Positions 8,742-17,712 of a stretch of DNA of 64,000 nt are shown one piece after another; the first letter of the stretch is position 1; each line of letters opens with the position of its first letter. The notes under the pieces were generated by a model. That model did no database searches, was not told the DNA's origin, and saw only the letters and a program-made list of their open reading frames with translations. The position numbers and the translations under genes are program-made. The stretch lies in NCBI GenBank assembly GCA_030646995.1, contig JAUSKF010000005.1, positions 11,323 through 75,322 on the forward strand, read 5' to 3'. The DNA is from a bacterium. Lineage in GTDB: Bacteria > Patescibacteriota > Minisyncoccia > UBA6257 > WO2-44-18.

Positions 8742-10084
8742 TTAACGAAGCGAAAAAAATTGAATTAGCCCAATGGTTGCTGGATCCCGACAAGCATCAG
8801 GCTTTGCCGGATAATTTGATTCAACTTGAGCAGAGATTAGAAAATGCCGGTTTGGATATAATCTATCGGAATATTGAATTACCGTTGGTGGAAATTTTGG
8901 GAAAAATGCACGAGGTGGGTATTAAGTTGGATTTAGAGTATTTAAAAAAGCTCGACGAAGAAATTGAGGGCGAACTTTCCGGCTCGGTAAAGAAGATTTT
9001 CAAAGAGGCCGGCGGCGAGTTTAATATCAACTCCCCTAAGCAGTTGTCGGAAATTTTATTCGGGAAATTAAAAATTAATCCCGCCGGCGTTCCCAAAAGA
9101 AAAACTGGCGCTTATTCCACCGACGCGGAGACTTTGAATAAACTTTCAAAAGAGCACGCGATTGTGGATTCGATTTTGAAATATCGAGAGTTGTACAAAC
9201 TGCAATCAACATACGTAAGGCCGCTTCAGGAATTAGCGGATAAAAACGGGCGAGTGCACACGACTTTCGTGCAAACAGCCGCCAGCACCGGCCGTTTGAG
9301 CTCGCATGAGCCGAATCTGCAGAATATTCCCGTAGTTTCCGAATGGGGGAAGAGGATTCGCCAAGGGTTTATCGCGGATAAAGGAAAAAGTTTTTTGGCT
9401 TTGGATTATTCCCAAATTGAGTTGCGAGTTTTAGCGGCGGTATCCGGCGATGAAAGTATGATTGATGCTTTCAAAAAGAATTGGGACATTCACAAGCTCA
9501 CCGCTTCGAAAGTTTATGACGTGCCGCTGGAGAAAGTTACTCCGGAAATGCGCACGGTGGCAAAGACGATGAACTTCGGCGTGATTTACGGAATGGGCCC
9601 GCAGGCTTTCTCGCAGTTGAGCGGCCTGCCTTTTTTGGAAGCCAAGAGATTTATTGATGAATACTTCGCTGATTTCAAAGCCGTGAAAATCTGGCAGGAG
9701 AAAACAATCATTGAGGCGCGGAAAACTGGATTTGTGGAAAACTTAAATGGCAGGAAAAGATTTTTGCCAGGAATTAATCATCCCAATAAGCGCTTCTCTT
9801 CTGAAGCTGAACGCGCGGCAATTAATATGCCGATTCAGGGATTGGCTGCAGACATTATCAAGTTGGCGATGATTAGGGCGGATAAATTAATTAGTTCCAA
9901 AAAACTCGGAGAGCGGGTCCGGATGCTTTTAACTATTCATGACGAGTTGATATTTGAAGTTGATGATAAAGATATAAAGGAAGTAGAAAGCCTGATTAAA
10001 AAAGAAATGGAGGAGGCTTATGATTTAAAATCGGTGAGCTTGAAGGTGGACAGCGCTTCGGGTAAAAATTGGGCGGAACTATAA
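8738..10084 (+). CDS. polA: DNA polymerase I, polymerase domain
   Basis: TGRLSS.EPNLQNIP, DYSQIELR, AKTMNFGVIYG, AINMPIQG, TIHDEL. Confidence 0.95.
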   Translation: MINEAKKIELAQWLLDPDKHQALPDNLIQLEQRLENAGLDIIYRNIELPLVEILGKMHEVGIKLDLEYLKKLDEEIEGELSGSVKKIFKEAGGEFNINSPKQLSEILFGKLKINPAGVPKRKTGAYSTDAETLNKLSKEHAIVDSILKYRELYKLQSTYVRPLQELADKNGRVHTTFVQTAASTGRLSSHEPNLQNIPVVSEWGKRIRQGFIADKGKSFLALDYSQIELRVLAAVSGDESMIDAFKKNWDIHKLTASKVYDVPLEKVTPEMRTVAKTMNFGVIYGMGPQAFSQLSGLPFLEAKRFIDEYFADFKAVKIWQEKTIIEARKTGFVENLNGRKRFLPGINHPNKRFSSEAERAAINMPIQGLAADIIKLAMIRADKLISSKKLGERVRMLLTIHDELIFEVDDKDIKEVESLIKKEMEEAYDLKSVSLKVDSASGKNWAEL

Positions 10085-10093
10085 AATATTTTT

Positions 10094-10963
10094 ATGCCTG
10101 AAAAATTTGAGATGCCTCATGCGGATAAGTTAGTCGGAGTACCCACCGAGCACGTGGATAAGCAGGAGATGGCTGAACGGAACTTTACTAAATATTTTGA
10201 ACAGCCAGGTGACAGGGAGAAGCCGTTCGAGTTAGAAAAAACCGCTAAAGACGTTGAGATAATTAACTTTTGCGACGAGTCGGTATGGAAGTATATGCAG
10301 CAATACGGCAGGGAGAAAAATATTAAACTGCCTATGCAAAACGTGCACGTGCTAGAAGAGGGCGGCGTTGAGGTGGCGACAGGGGGAAGGTTTGGAGTAG
10401 GCACACACTCTATGCTGCGCGGCAAGATAGCCGTAGATCGCGACCCATCGGATACCCAATTTTCTCTTGTTACTTTTCACGAGCTTTTTCATGCCAAAGC
10501 TTATCAAGCAGGGCAGATAAAGACTAAAGAAGGAAATTTTGGGTTCGATAAATATCGCAACGGCTTTATCGTGACTTCGCGTGATGGCAAGAAAACTTAT
10601 TTTGATGGTGTAGAAGAGGCGGTTGTAGGCCATATGACCCAAAGATTTTTTAATGAAGTTTTATCCAAAGACCCCAAGTTTATCCCTGAGATTGAGGAGC
10701 GGAAAAAGAATGGGCAGCCTTTTGATATTTCTCGGCAAGACGAGCAAGCGGCCGGGAAGAAAATAGTTGAGGATCTTTTTATTAAGAATCCCGGAAAGTT
10801 TGATAGCAAAGAAGAAATAATGGAAATGTTTATCAAGGCCCAAGTTACCGGAAATATTTTGCCGGTGGCTCGGCTTTTCGAAAAGACTTATGGCAAGGGA
10901 AGCTTCCGAAAATTAGGCGAAGAGACCGGTATGGTAGAAAAAGTTGAAGAAAAAGACAAGTAA
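10094..10963 (+). CDS. Hypothetical protein with zincin-like HELFH motif
   Basis: HELFH plus downstream EEA. Confidence 0.7.
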   Translation: MPEKFEMPHADKLVGVPTEHVDKQEMAERNFTKYFEQPGDREKPFELEKTAKDVEIINFCDESVWKYMQQYGREKNIKLPMQNVHVLEEGGVEVATGGRFGVGTHSMLRGKIAVDRDPSDTQFSLVTFHELFHAKAYQAGQIKTKEGNFGFDKYRNGFIVTSRDGKKTYFDGVEEAVVGHMTQRFFNEVLSKDPKFIPEIEERKKNGQPFDISRQDEQAAGKKIVEDLFIKNPGKFDSKEEIMEMFIKAQVTGNILPVARLFEKTYGKGSFRKLGEETGMVEKVEEKDK

Positions 10964-10966
10964 TTT

Positions 10967-11878
10967 ATGCCAGAGCTACCGGAAGTCCAAACGGTTGTTA
11001 ATGACCTGAATAAGAAAATTGTGGGCCGGAAAATTACCGGTGTCTGGTTTGACTGGCCGAAGATGATTAAAGACCCGCTGGATCAATCGAGGACCAAAGT
11101 TGCCCACAAACACGTGGCGGTTTTTGAGGGTTTTGTGAAAGGTGAAAAATTTGTGGAAGTTCGCCGCCGCGCGAAAAATATTTTGATTTATCTTACTCAC
11201 GGGAAAATGCTTTTGGCTCATCTGAAAATGACCGGGCATCTCCTTGTTGGTAAGTGGCGAGTCGTTAGTCGTAAAGTCGTGCCGTTATGGCCCAAGGCCA
11301 TCGTAGAGGATCCGTACAACAAATATATTCATCTGATTTTTTATTTAGATAACGGCCAGATGCTCGGCTTTTCCGATTTGCGGAAATTCGCCAAAATTAT
11401 TGCCGGGCCAATAGAAGTTATAGAAAATCTTCCGGAATTAGTTCGGCTTGGCCCAGAGCCGCTAGAAAAAAGTTTTACTTATGAAAAGATGGTAGAGGTA
11501 ATCAAACCAGAGCATCGAAAAATCAAGCAGGTTCTACTGGATCCGGAAGTCATCGCCGGGATTGGAAATATTTATTCCGACGACATTTTATGGAAAGCAA
11601 AAATTAATCCTTTCCGGCCGGCAAATAAATTAAAAGAACCGGAATTAAAGAATATTTATAAAGCGATTAAAGAAGTGCTGACAAAAGCCGTGAAATTGCG
11701 TGGCACTTCTACCAGCGATTTTCGCGACACTGCCGGCCTAGAAGGAGGTTATACTGAATATAGAAGTGTTTATGGGCGAGAAGACGAACCCTGCCCAAGG
11801 TGCGGCACTGGGATTGTGCGCAAGAAGATTGGTGGTCGCTCAGCGCATTTTTGCCCTAAGTGCCAAACTATGAAATAA
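10967..11878 (+). CDS. mutM: Formamidopyrimidine-DNA glycosylase
   Basis: MPELPEV, HLKMTG, GIGNIY, C-terminal CPRC...CPKCQ zinc finger. Confidence 0.97.
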   Translation: MPELPEVQTVVNDLNKKIVGRKITGVWFDWPKMIKDPLDQSRTKVAHKHVAVFEGFVKGEKFVEVRRRAKNILIYLTHGKMLLAHLKMTGHLLVGKWRVVSRKVVPLWPKAIVEDPYNKYIHLIFYLDNGQMLGFSDLRKFAKIIAGPIEVIENLPELVRLGPEPLEKSFTYEKMVEVIKPEHRKIKQVLLDPEVIAGIGNIYSDDILWKAKINPFRPANKLKEPELKNIYKAIKEVLTKAVKLRGTSTSDFRDTAGLEGGYTEYRSVYGREDEPCPRCGTGIVRKKIGGRSAHFCPKCQTMK

Positions 11879-11879
11879 A

Positions 11880-12635
11880 ATGCTTATTTATCTTTATGGG
11901 CCCGATGCTTATCGGCGCCAGCAAAAATTAAAGGAAATTACCGAAAAGTTTACCGATAAACACGGTAATTCCGGTTTGGAGCGTTTTGATTTAAGTATGA
12001 AGGGAGAGGTTGAGCGGCTGAAGGATTTTTCTACTACTCAATCTTTATTTGATAGTTCTAAATTTGGAATAGTCTATGAAGCAGATGAGGCCGAGCCGAA
12101 AGAAGTGAATAATCTTTTGAAAATCGCCGATGGCTCAAAGACCATCAGTTTGGCGGTGGTAGCCGACAAAGCTCTGCCGAAGACTTTTAAAATTCTTTCC
12201 GGAGCGGAAGTCATCAGTCAGGAGTTTGATAATTTGGAGTCGGCACAGGTTTCTGCCTTCGCCAAAGCCGAAGCGCAAAGGCGAGATTTTAAATTGAGCG
12301 ACTCTCTTTTGCAGGGCCTGATTTGGAAATACGCCAAAGACACTTGGGGTTTAGTAAATGAAATCGAGAGGTTGGCCTTGGGGGGCAATCCTGAAACGGT
12401 TTTGCGTGAGCAGGATTTCTTTTCGGCAATCAGCCAATTGGAATATGGAAAGACGGCGAGTGTGAAGTTGCCGATTTTGGAGCGATTGATGCACTCAGAA
12501 GATTTACCTAAGATTTTTAATATTTTAGCCGCTATGGCGCGCAATAAAAACAAAATGGCCGATTATGATCTGGCCATTAAATCCGGGAAGCTGGAATACG
12601 AAGAGGTTCTTACCGATTTAGCTCTTAGCAGTTAA
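11880..12635 (+). CDS. holA: DNA polymerase III delta subunit-like
   Basis: MLIYLYGPD.Y start, NEIERL, D.AIKSG end; convergent with rpsT as in common synteny. Confidence 0.75.
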   Translation: MLIYLYGPDAYRRQQKLKEITEKFTDKHGNSGLERFDLSMKGEVERLKDFSTTQSLFDSSKFGIVYEADEAEPKEVNNLLKIADGSKTISLAVVADKALPKTFKILSGAEVISQEFDNLESAQVSAFAKAEAQRRDFKLSDSLLQGLIWKYAKDTWGLVNEIERLALGGNPETVLREQDFFSAISQLEYGKTASVKLPILERLMHSEDLPKIFNILAAMARNKNKMADYDLAIKSGKLEYEEVLTDLALSS

Positions 12636-12860
12636 TTTAGCCGATAGTCGGGACTTTAAGCGAGAAGCGGTGTTCTTTTTTAAAACGTTTACCTTGGCGG
12701 CTTTATCCAGTTGTTGGAATACAACGGAAAGGAGTTCAGCAGAAGGAGTTTTTTTGTAAGCCTTAACAGCCTCTTTCAAGGTTTTCTTTTGGGAGACATT
12801 CCGCGTTCTGCGGCTCTGACTCTGCCTCCAAGCTTTTTTGGCTGAACGGGTGATTGGCAT
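12618..12860 (-). CDS. rpsT: 30S ribosomal protein S20
   Basis: MPITRSAKKA.RQS, LDKAAK, KNTASRLKSRL. Confidence 0.96.
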   Translation of the reverse strand: MPITRSAKKAWRQSQSRRTRNVSQKKTLKEAVKAYKKTPSAELLSVVFQQLDKAAKVNVLKKNTASRLKSRLSAKLTAKS

Positions 12861-12923
12861 GGGAAATGTTTAAATATTTAAACGTTTAAATATAATAGAC
12901 AAAAACGGGAAGTTTTGCAATAG

Positions 12924-13544
12924 CTATGGCTTAAAGATAATGAATTTATATCCTACAAAATTCCACATCACATTCGGGACGATGGCGGTGAATTTGGAGA
13001 TGTTTTCCCATAATGGCTCACCCATTCCTTCGGGGGCTCCAATCACAGAAGTCATTAAATAGACGATTCCTGTGTTTAACAGTAATCCGGTGAAGGTTAC
13101 ACAGATGAACCGAGAATATTCTTTCAAATTTGGCCGCTCGCCCTCTTTCTTGAAAGCCCATAAGCGGTTCCAAAAGTAGGCGTTGGTGGTGGCGATTAAA
13201 AACCCGACGGAATTAAAAAGAATAATCAGCGGGCCGGAATAAACTTTAAAAATAAGGCTGAAAATATTCAAAATACCCAAGTCGATAAACGCGCTTAAGG
13301 CTCCCGCTGCTCCGTATTTGGCGAACTGGAACATCGTCGGAGACCGCAAACCAATCAGTCCGGCAATCCACATTGAAAAATTAGCGAACAAGAAAAATCC
13401 AATAATAGTTACCGCGCCGCTGGCCAAGGTTAGTTCCCATTGAGGTGGCTGCAGGTTTTCTAGAATTGGCAGGGCGAAAGCTCCGAAGAGTAAGCCGATG
13501 ATCGATACCAGATAGTAGTCTTTTTTTGTGGCGACTCCAGTCAT
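12924..13544 (-). CDS. GtrA family membrane protein (probable start 13544)
   Basis: QFAKYG, NAYFWNRLWAF, WNFVGYKFIIF. Confidence 0.88.
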   Translation of the reverse strand: MTGVATKKDYYLVSIIGLLFGAFALPILENLQPPQWELTLASGAVTIIGFFLFANFSMWIAGLIGLRSPTMFQFAKYGAAGALSAFIDLGILNIFSLIFKVYSGPLIILFNSVGFLIATTNAYFWNRLWAFKKEGERPNLKEYSRFICVTFTGLLLNTGIVYLMTSVIGAPEGMGEPLWENISKFTAIVPNVMWNFVGYKFIIFKP

Positions 13545-13653
13545 AAAGTTAACCTTACCGCTTATTGACTGGGACTGCAAAATCGGCTATACTGTATCCC
13601 AGTAAATGGCATCGCGCCATTTAAACAAAACCCCATTTTGGAAGGAGGCCAGC

Positions 13654-13959
13654 ATGGCGAGCTACGATCGTTCGGCTCAGCGCAACGAGAAGAAGGGCAA
13701 GAAGAAGGGCGGAGGCGGGCAGCAGCCGGCGCGGAAGCGTAAGTATTACTCGATTTTCATTCCGGTTCGGAAGGTGGTGAGGATGCTGAAGTCCTGCAGT
13801 GCCGAGTTCGTCGGCAAGCTGGCCTGCAAGGAGCGGCAGGAGGCCAAGCCCGATGAGATTCAGGGAGCGCTTCATGCTCTCGCGGACGACGGTGCTTCGG
13901 GAGAGTACGGCGAGCGAGTTCAGGAGTTGGCAAAAGAGGCGCTCGAGTATGTGAAGTGA
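13654..13959 (+). CDS. Orphan basic hypothetical protein
   Basis: TTGACT-17-TATACT promoter, AAGGAGG SD before ATG 13654, terminator 13965-13990. Confidence 0.75.
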   Translation: MASYDRSAQRNEKKGKKKGGGGQQPARKRKYYSIFIPVRKVVRMLKSCSAEFVGKLACKERQEAKPDEIQGALHALADDGASGEYGERVQELAKEALEYVK

Positions 13960-13964
13960 TTGTT

Positions 13965-13990
13965 CCCGCACCGAAAGGTGCGGGTTTTTT
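13965..13990 (+). terminator. Intrinsic terminator
   Basis: CCCGCACC-GAAA-GGTGCGGG-TTTTTT. Confidence 0.85.
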
Positions 13991-14006
13991 ATTCCCCTAT
14001 CCCCCA

Positions 14007-14036
14007 TTGACAAATGTAGAGCTGGTATGGTATAAT
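14007..14036 (+). promoter_or_regulatory. Consensus sigma70 promoter of orphan gene 14088
   Basis: TTGACA-18-TATAAT. Confidence 0.8.
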
Positions 14037-14087
14037 ACACCTGTCAAGTGACCTTAACAATTTAGTTCCCCAAACAAGGAGATAGCC

Positions 14088-14525
14088 ATGATTGAGTGCC
14101 AACAGCCCAAGAAGTGGATCGGTGCGGCCAGTGTGAAGGATGTCTTGACGATAATCCTTCAGTTGCAGTTCGAGTGCGCCGGGCGGTTCCTCTATTTTCT
14201 CAGCGAGAGCGAGGATGAGGATGGGACCCTGGTGGCCTGTCTGGAAGTCGGAGAAGTGGGTGCTGGCGGGAAGTGGTGCAAAGAGATGTACTTCACCGGC
14301 TTCGGACATGACGCCCGGCTGTTGAAGGCCTTCTACAATCAGTTCCTGCCGGCGCGGGATGGCGACCATTTGAAAGTGGCGGCCATGCTCCGAGCTGGTA
14401 TCTGCGATCCGGAAGACATTTATGCCGGACTGCAGATTCAAGATGCCGATGCTCTGATGACTGCCATTGAGGCAGCCCAGAAGCACGGATTCGGACTTCA
14501 TCTTTTCGTTCACCTCAAAGACTAG
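14088..14525 (+). CDS. Orphan hypothetical protein
   Basis: AAGGAG SD, own promoter, terminator 14582-14610. Confidence 0.75.
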   Translation: MIECQQPKKWIGAASVKDVLTIILQLQFECAGRFLYFLSESEDEDGTLVACLEVGEVGAGGKWCKEMYFTGFGHDARLLKAFYNQFLPARDGDHLKVAAMLRAGICDPEDIYAGLQIQDADALMTAIEAAQKHGFGLHLFVHLKD

Positions 14526-14862
14526 GAGGCTGTGGATGTCAGGCAACGTAACGCCCTTCCATGGCCCCCTATTCCCACATGATCTCCGCAGCGATGCGGA
14601 GATTTTTTATTTAGTACGAGGCTTCGAGGACGCAGGTGTAGACTCTACTCCCAGTCCGAGAAACGAACCTGCCTGCCGGTAGGCAGGGTAATAAATAATA
14701 AAATCCCGCATCCCGAAGGGTTGTGGTTAAAATTCTTTATTTCTATGTCGTCGAATATCTGACATAGAGTCTATGCCTTATTATTCTCCTCCTCGAAATA
14801 AAGAATTTTTCCTCACAACGCTGCTAGAGCTTATGTGGGAATAGGGGGCTGGGGGCGTTTTT

Positions 14863-16662
14863 TTATACCTCCATCGCGTTCTTGGCCAGTTCTTCTTCCA
14901 CGATTGGTTTGTTTATGGCCATCGGGTGTAGCCCCATTTTTTTATTAAATTTTTCCTGTACTTTCCGGCGACGCAAGGTTTCCAACATTGTTTTTTTAAT
15001 AGAGTCAGTAAGAAAATCAGCGTAGAAAATAACTTTTCCGTTAATTGAGCGGGCGGCACGACCGGCCATTTGAATCAGGCCACGGTAGTTACGTAAAAAC
15101 CCCTCTCGGTCGGCATCAAGGATCGCCACCAAGCTAACTTCGGGCAAATCCAAGCCTTCGCGCAACAAATTAATTCCCACCACTACATCAATATCGCCGC
15201 GGCGTAACGCTTGCAATACTTTCGGGCGTTCTAAGGTTTTAATTTCTGAATGAAGATATTGCGTTTTAATTCCTTGCTCCAAAAGATATTCAGTAAGATC
15301 TTCAGCGGAGCGCTTGGTAAGAGTCAGAGCCAACACGCGCTCATTTTTCGCTATGCGCTTTCTGATTTCCCCAACAAGATGTAGAACTTGATTCTTTGCC
15401 GGGCGGATTTGAATTTCCGGATCTAAAATTCCTGTTGGCCTCAATAGCTGCTCAACAGCCGGACCCATTTGTAATTCATATGGCCCAGGAGTGGCAGAGA
15501 CGTAAATCGTCTGGTTGATTTTTGCGTTGAATTCCGCGAAAGTCAGCGGCCGGTTATCCAGCGCCGAAGGAAGTCGGAAACCGTAGTTGATTAGATTCAT
15601 CTTCCGGCGGCGATCACTTTCTTGCATAGCATTTAATTGAGGAACGGCGATATGTGATTCATCAATGAAAAGTAAAAATGGCTTCGGGAAATAATCCAGC
15701 AAAGTTGTGGGTGGCTCGCCCGGCTCGCGGAAGCTCAAGTGGCGGGAATAATTCTCCACGCCGTTCACGTAGCCCTTCTTTTTGAGCATATCCATATCAA
15801 AATTTGTTTTCTTTTCTAGACGGGTGGCCTCTTCAAATTTATTCGCCGATTGTAGCTGTTCCACTCGGTCATCAAGTTCGTTTTTAATGTTTTCGAGAGC
15901 GAGATTGAGCTTGTGTTGAGGGGTTACCCAGAATTTCGCCGGGTAGATAGACATGCCGACTAATGACTGCTGACTAATGACTGATGACTTGGGATCAATT
16001 TTTTTAATGGAGATTATTTTTCTTTTTTCAAAGGCGATTTCAAAGATTTCGTCGGTTACCAAGTGGATGCGGGCGATGTTTTTCTCAAACGAGAACTGGC
16101 CCAGCAGTGGCGAGGCATTATTTTTTTCATACTGCAAAAGATTTAGGTGGCGGGTCAGGTCTTTTGGGTCAATAATCTGGCCGGTCTTCAGTTCCAGCCG
16201 GGCGTTTTGATATTCATTGGGGTCGCCGACACCATAAATACAGGAAACAGAAGCGATAACGATGGCGTCTTTGCGGGCGAGTACCGCCTGAATGGCCGAG
16301 TGGCGTAGTTTGTCTATCTCCGCGTTGATGCGCGCATCTTTTTGGATATAAGTTTTCGTTTGCGGCATAAAGGCCTCGGGTTGATAGTAGTCGTAGTAAG
16401 AAACGAAATAATGGACGGCGTGATTAGGGAAAAATTGTTTGAACTCCTGATAAAGTTGAGCGGCCAATATTTTGTTGGGCGAGATGATAATAGTAGGCAG
16501 GCCGGTTTTTTCTATAACTGAAGCCATCGTGAAGGTCTTGCCGGAACCCGTCACGCCCAAAAGAGTCTGGTGTTTTGCGCCAGATTCCAGGCCGCGGGTC
16601 AGCTTCTCAATGGCCTGCATTTGGTCCCCTTTCGGCGAAAAATTAGATATTAGCTTAAACAT
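14863..16662 (-). CDS. uvrB: Excinuclease ABC subunit B
   Basis: GVTGSGKTFT, YFVSYYDYYQPE, DESH, GFRLPSALDNRPL, GINLLREGLDLPEV; 599 aa, C-terminal UVR domain apparently absent. Confidence 0.96.
   Translation of the reverse strand: MFKLISNFSPKGDQMQAIEKLTRGLESGAKHQTLLGVTGSGKTFTMASVIEKTGLPTIIISPNKILAAQLYQEFKQFFPNHAVHYFVSYYDYYQPEAFMPQTKTYIQKDARINAEIDKLRHSAIQAVLARKDAIVIASVSCIYGVGDPNEYQNARLELKTGQIIDPKDLTRHLNLLQYEKNNASPLLGQFSFEKNIARIHLVTDEIFEIAFEKRKIISIKKIDPKSSVISQQSLVGMSIYPAKFWVTPQHKLNLALENIKNELDDRVEQLQSANKFEEATRLEKKTNFDMDMLKKKGYVNGVENYSRHLSFREPGEPPTTLLDYFPKPFLLFIDESHIAVPQLNAMQESDRRRKMNLINYGFRLPSALDNRPLTFAEFNAKINQTIYVSATPGPYELQMGPAVEQLLRPTGILDPEIQIRPAKNQVLHLVGEIRKRIAKNERVLALTLTKRSAEDLTEYLLEQGIKTQYLHSEIKTLERPKVLQALRRGDIDVVVGINLLREGLDLPEVSLVAILDADREGFLRNYRGLIQMAGRAARSINGKVIFYADFLTDSIKKTMLETLRRRKVQEKFNKKMGLHPMAINKPIVEEELAKNAMEV
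15958..15989. repeat. In-frame 7-mer tandem array in uvrB
   Basis: GACTAAT GACTGCT GACTAAT GACTGAT GACT; encodes SSVISQQSLV. Confidence 0.85.
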
Positions 16663-16673
16663 TCTTTGGGGTA

Positions 16674-16705
16674 ATTAAGTTATTTAGAAGTTGAGTCATT
16701 TAGTT
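16674..16705. repeat. 8-mer array, 3' arm of four-helix-bundle gene
   Basis: ATTAAGTT ATTTAGAA GTTGAGTC ATTTAGTT. Confidence 0.75.
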
Positions 16706-17072
16706 GGGCTTTCTTTATGCTATTTACATACCCGTTAATTAAAAGACGAACTTCGTCACAGTTATTTAGGAGATTATTGCATTCGTCCATTGGGGCATAC
16801 TTCAAGTCTCGGATGGCAATAATGTGGTTAACGGTTTCTTCCAGAGAGCCGCGTGCTTGGCGACAAAACTGTATATTCTCCTGGTAATGATACCTACCAA
16901 AGCCTTCCGCGATATTTGCAGAAGCTGATGCGGCAGAGCGTCTGATTTGGGAGGTTATGTTAAATTTTTCCTCTTTTGGCATAAGGTTTGTTAGGCTATA
17001 AATTTTTAGCATAAGACTATGCGCTTTTTGCCAGACGATCAGGTCTGTGAATTTGTTGATAGTTTTAGCCAT
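16680..17072 (-). CDS. Four helix bundle protein (23S rRNA-IVP / Avd-like family)
   Basis: FTDLIVWQKAH, EEKFNITSQIRRSAAS..ANIAEGFGR, ARGSLEE. Confidence 0.92.
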   Translation of the reverse strand: MAKTINKFTDLIVWQKAHSLMLKIYSLTNLMPKEEKFNITSQIRRSAASASANIAEGFGRYHYQENIQFCRQARGSLEETVNHIIAIRDLKYAPMDECNNLLNNCDEVRLLINGYVNSIKKAQLNDSTSK

Positions 17073-17075
17073 ATT

Positions 17076-17102
17076 TACTTAATTTCTTAATGACTTAATG
17101 AC
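17076..17102. repeat. 8-mer array, 5' arm of four-helix-bundle gene (inverted vs 16674-16705)
   Basis: TACTTAAT TTCTTAAT GACTTAAT GAC. Confidence 0.8.
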
Positions 17103-17124
17103 CGCTCCAGTTTATACTGGAGCT

Positions 17125-17712
17125 ATGTTGCACAGCTTAAGCGGTAAACTAGTCGGACGGAAGGATAATTTCGCAATTATCGAGGCGGCCGGCATCGGAT
17201 TCAAAGTTTTGTTTGCCGCTAAAACCGCCCAAAGTTTGCCACAAAATGGTTCAGATATCAAGATTTTTTGCTCTCTTTATAGCAAAGAGAATGCCCCGTT
17301 TGAATTGTTCGGATTTTTAAACGAACAAGAGTTGTATTTGTTTGAAAAATTAAACACAGTAGGCGGCATCGGACCCAAAACTGCTCTATCGGTGATGGGA
17401 GTCGCTCAAATTGATCAATTAATAGCGGCGATTAATGCAGGCAAGACGGAACTTTTGACCAAGGCCTCCGGCATCGGGAAGAAGACGGCCGAGCGGGTGA
17501 TTTTAGATTTGAAAGGCAAATTAGACGGCGGCAGTAAAGAAACTTCAGAGCAGAATTTGAATTTAATGGAATCTGACGTAGAACTCGAAGAAACTTTAAT
17601 TAGTCTTGGTTATACTCGTCCGCAGGCTAAGGCATCTCTTTCTAAAATAAACCCCGAGACCAAGGGTTTTAAAGAGCGGCTGAAAGAGGCGTTAAAAAAG
17701 GCCAAGTTATGA
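17125..17712 (+). CDS. ruvA: Holliday junction branch migration protein RuvA (probable start 17125)
   Basis: MLHSLSGKL, LFGF, GGIGPKTAL, GIGKKTAERVILDLKGK, LISLGY. Confidence 0.96.
   Translation: MLHSLSGKLVGRKDNFAIIEAAGIGFKVLFAAKTAQSLPQNGSDIKIFCSLYSKENAPFELFGFLNEQELYLFEKLNTVGGIGPKTALSVMGVAQIDQLIAAINAGKTELLTKASGIGKKTAERVILDLKGKLDGGSKETSEQNLNLMESDVELEETLISLGYTRPQAKASLSKINPETKGFKERLKEALKKAKL

Noticed and set aside
16680-17072. Complete diversity-generating retroelement or rRNA intervening sequence
   Set aside because: No reverse transcriptase, TR/VR pair or rRNA in the window
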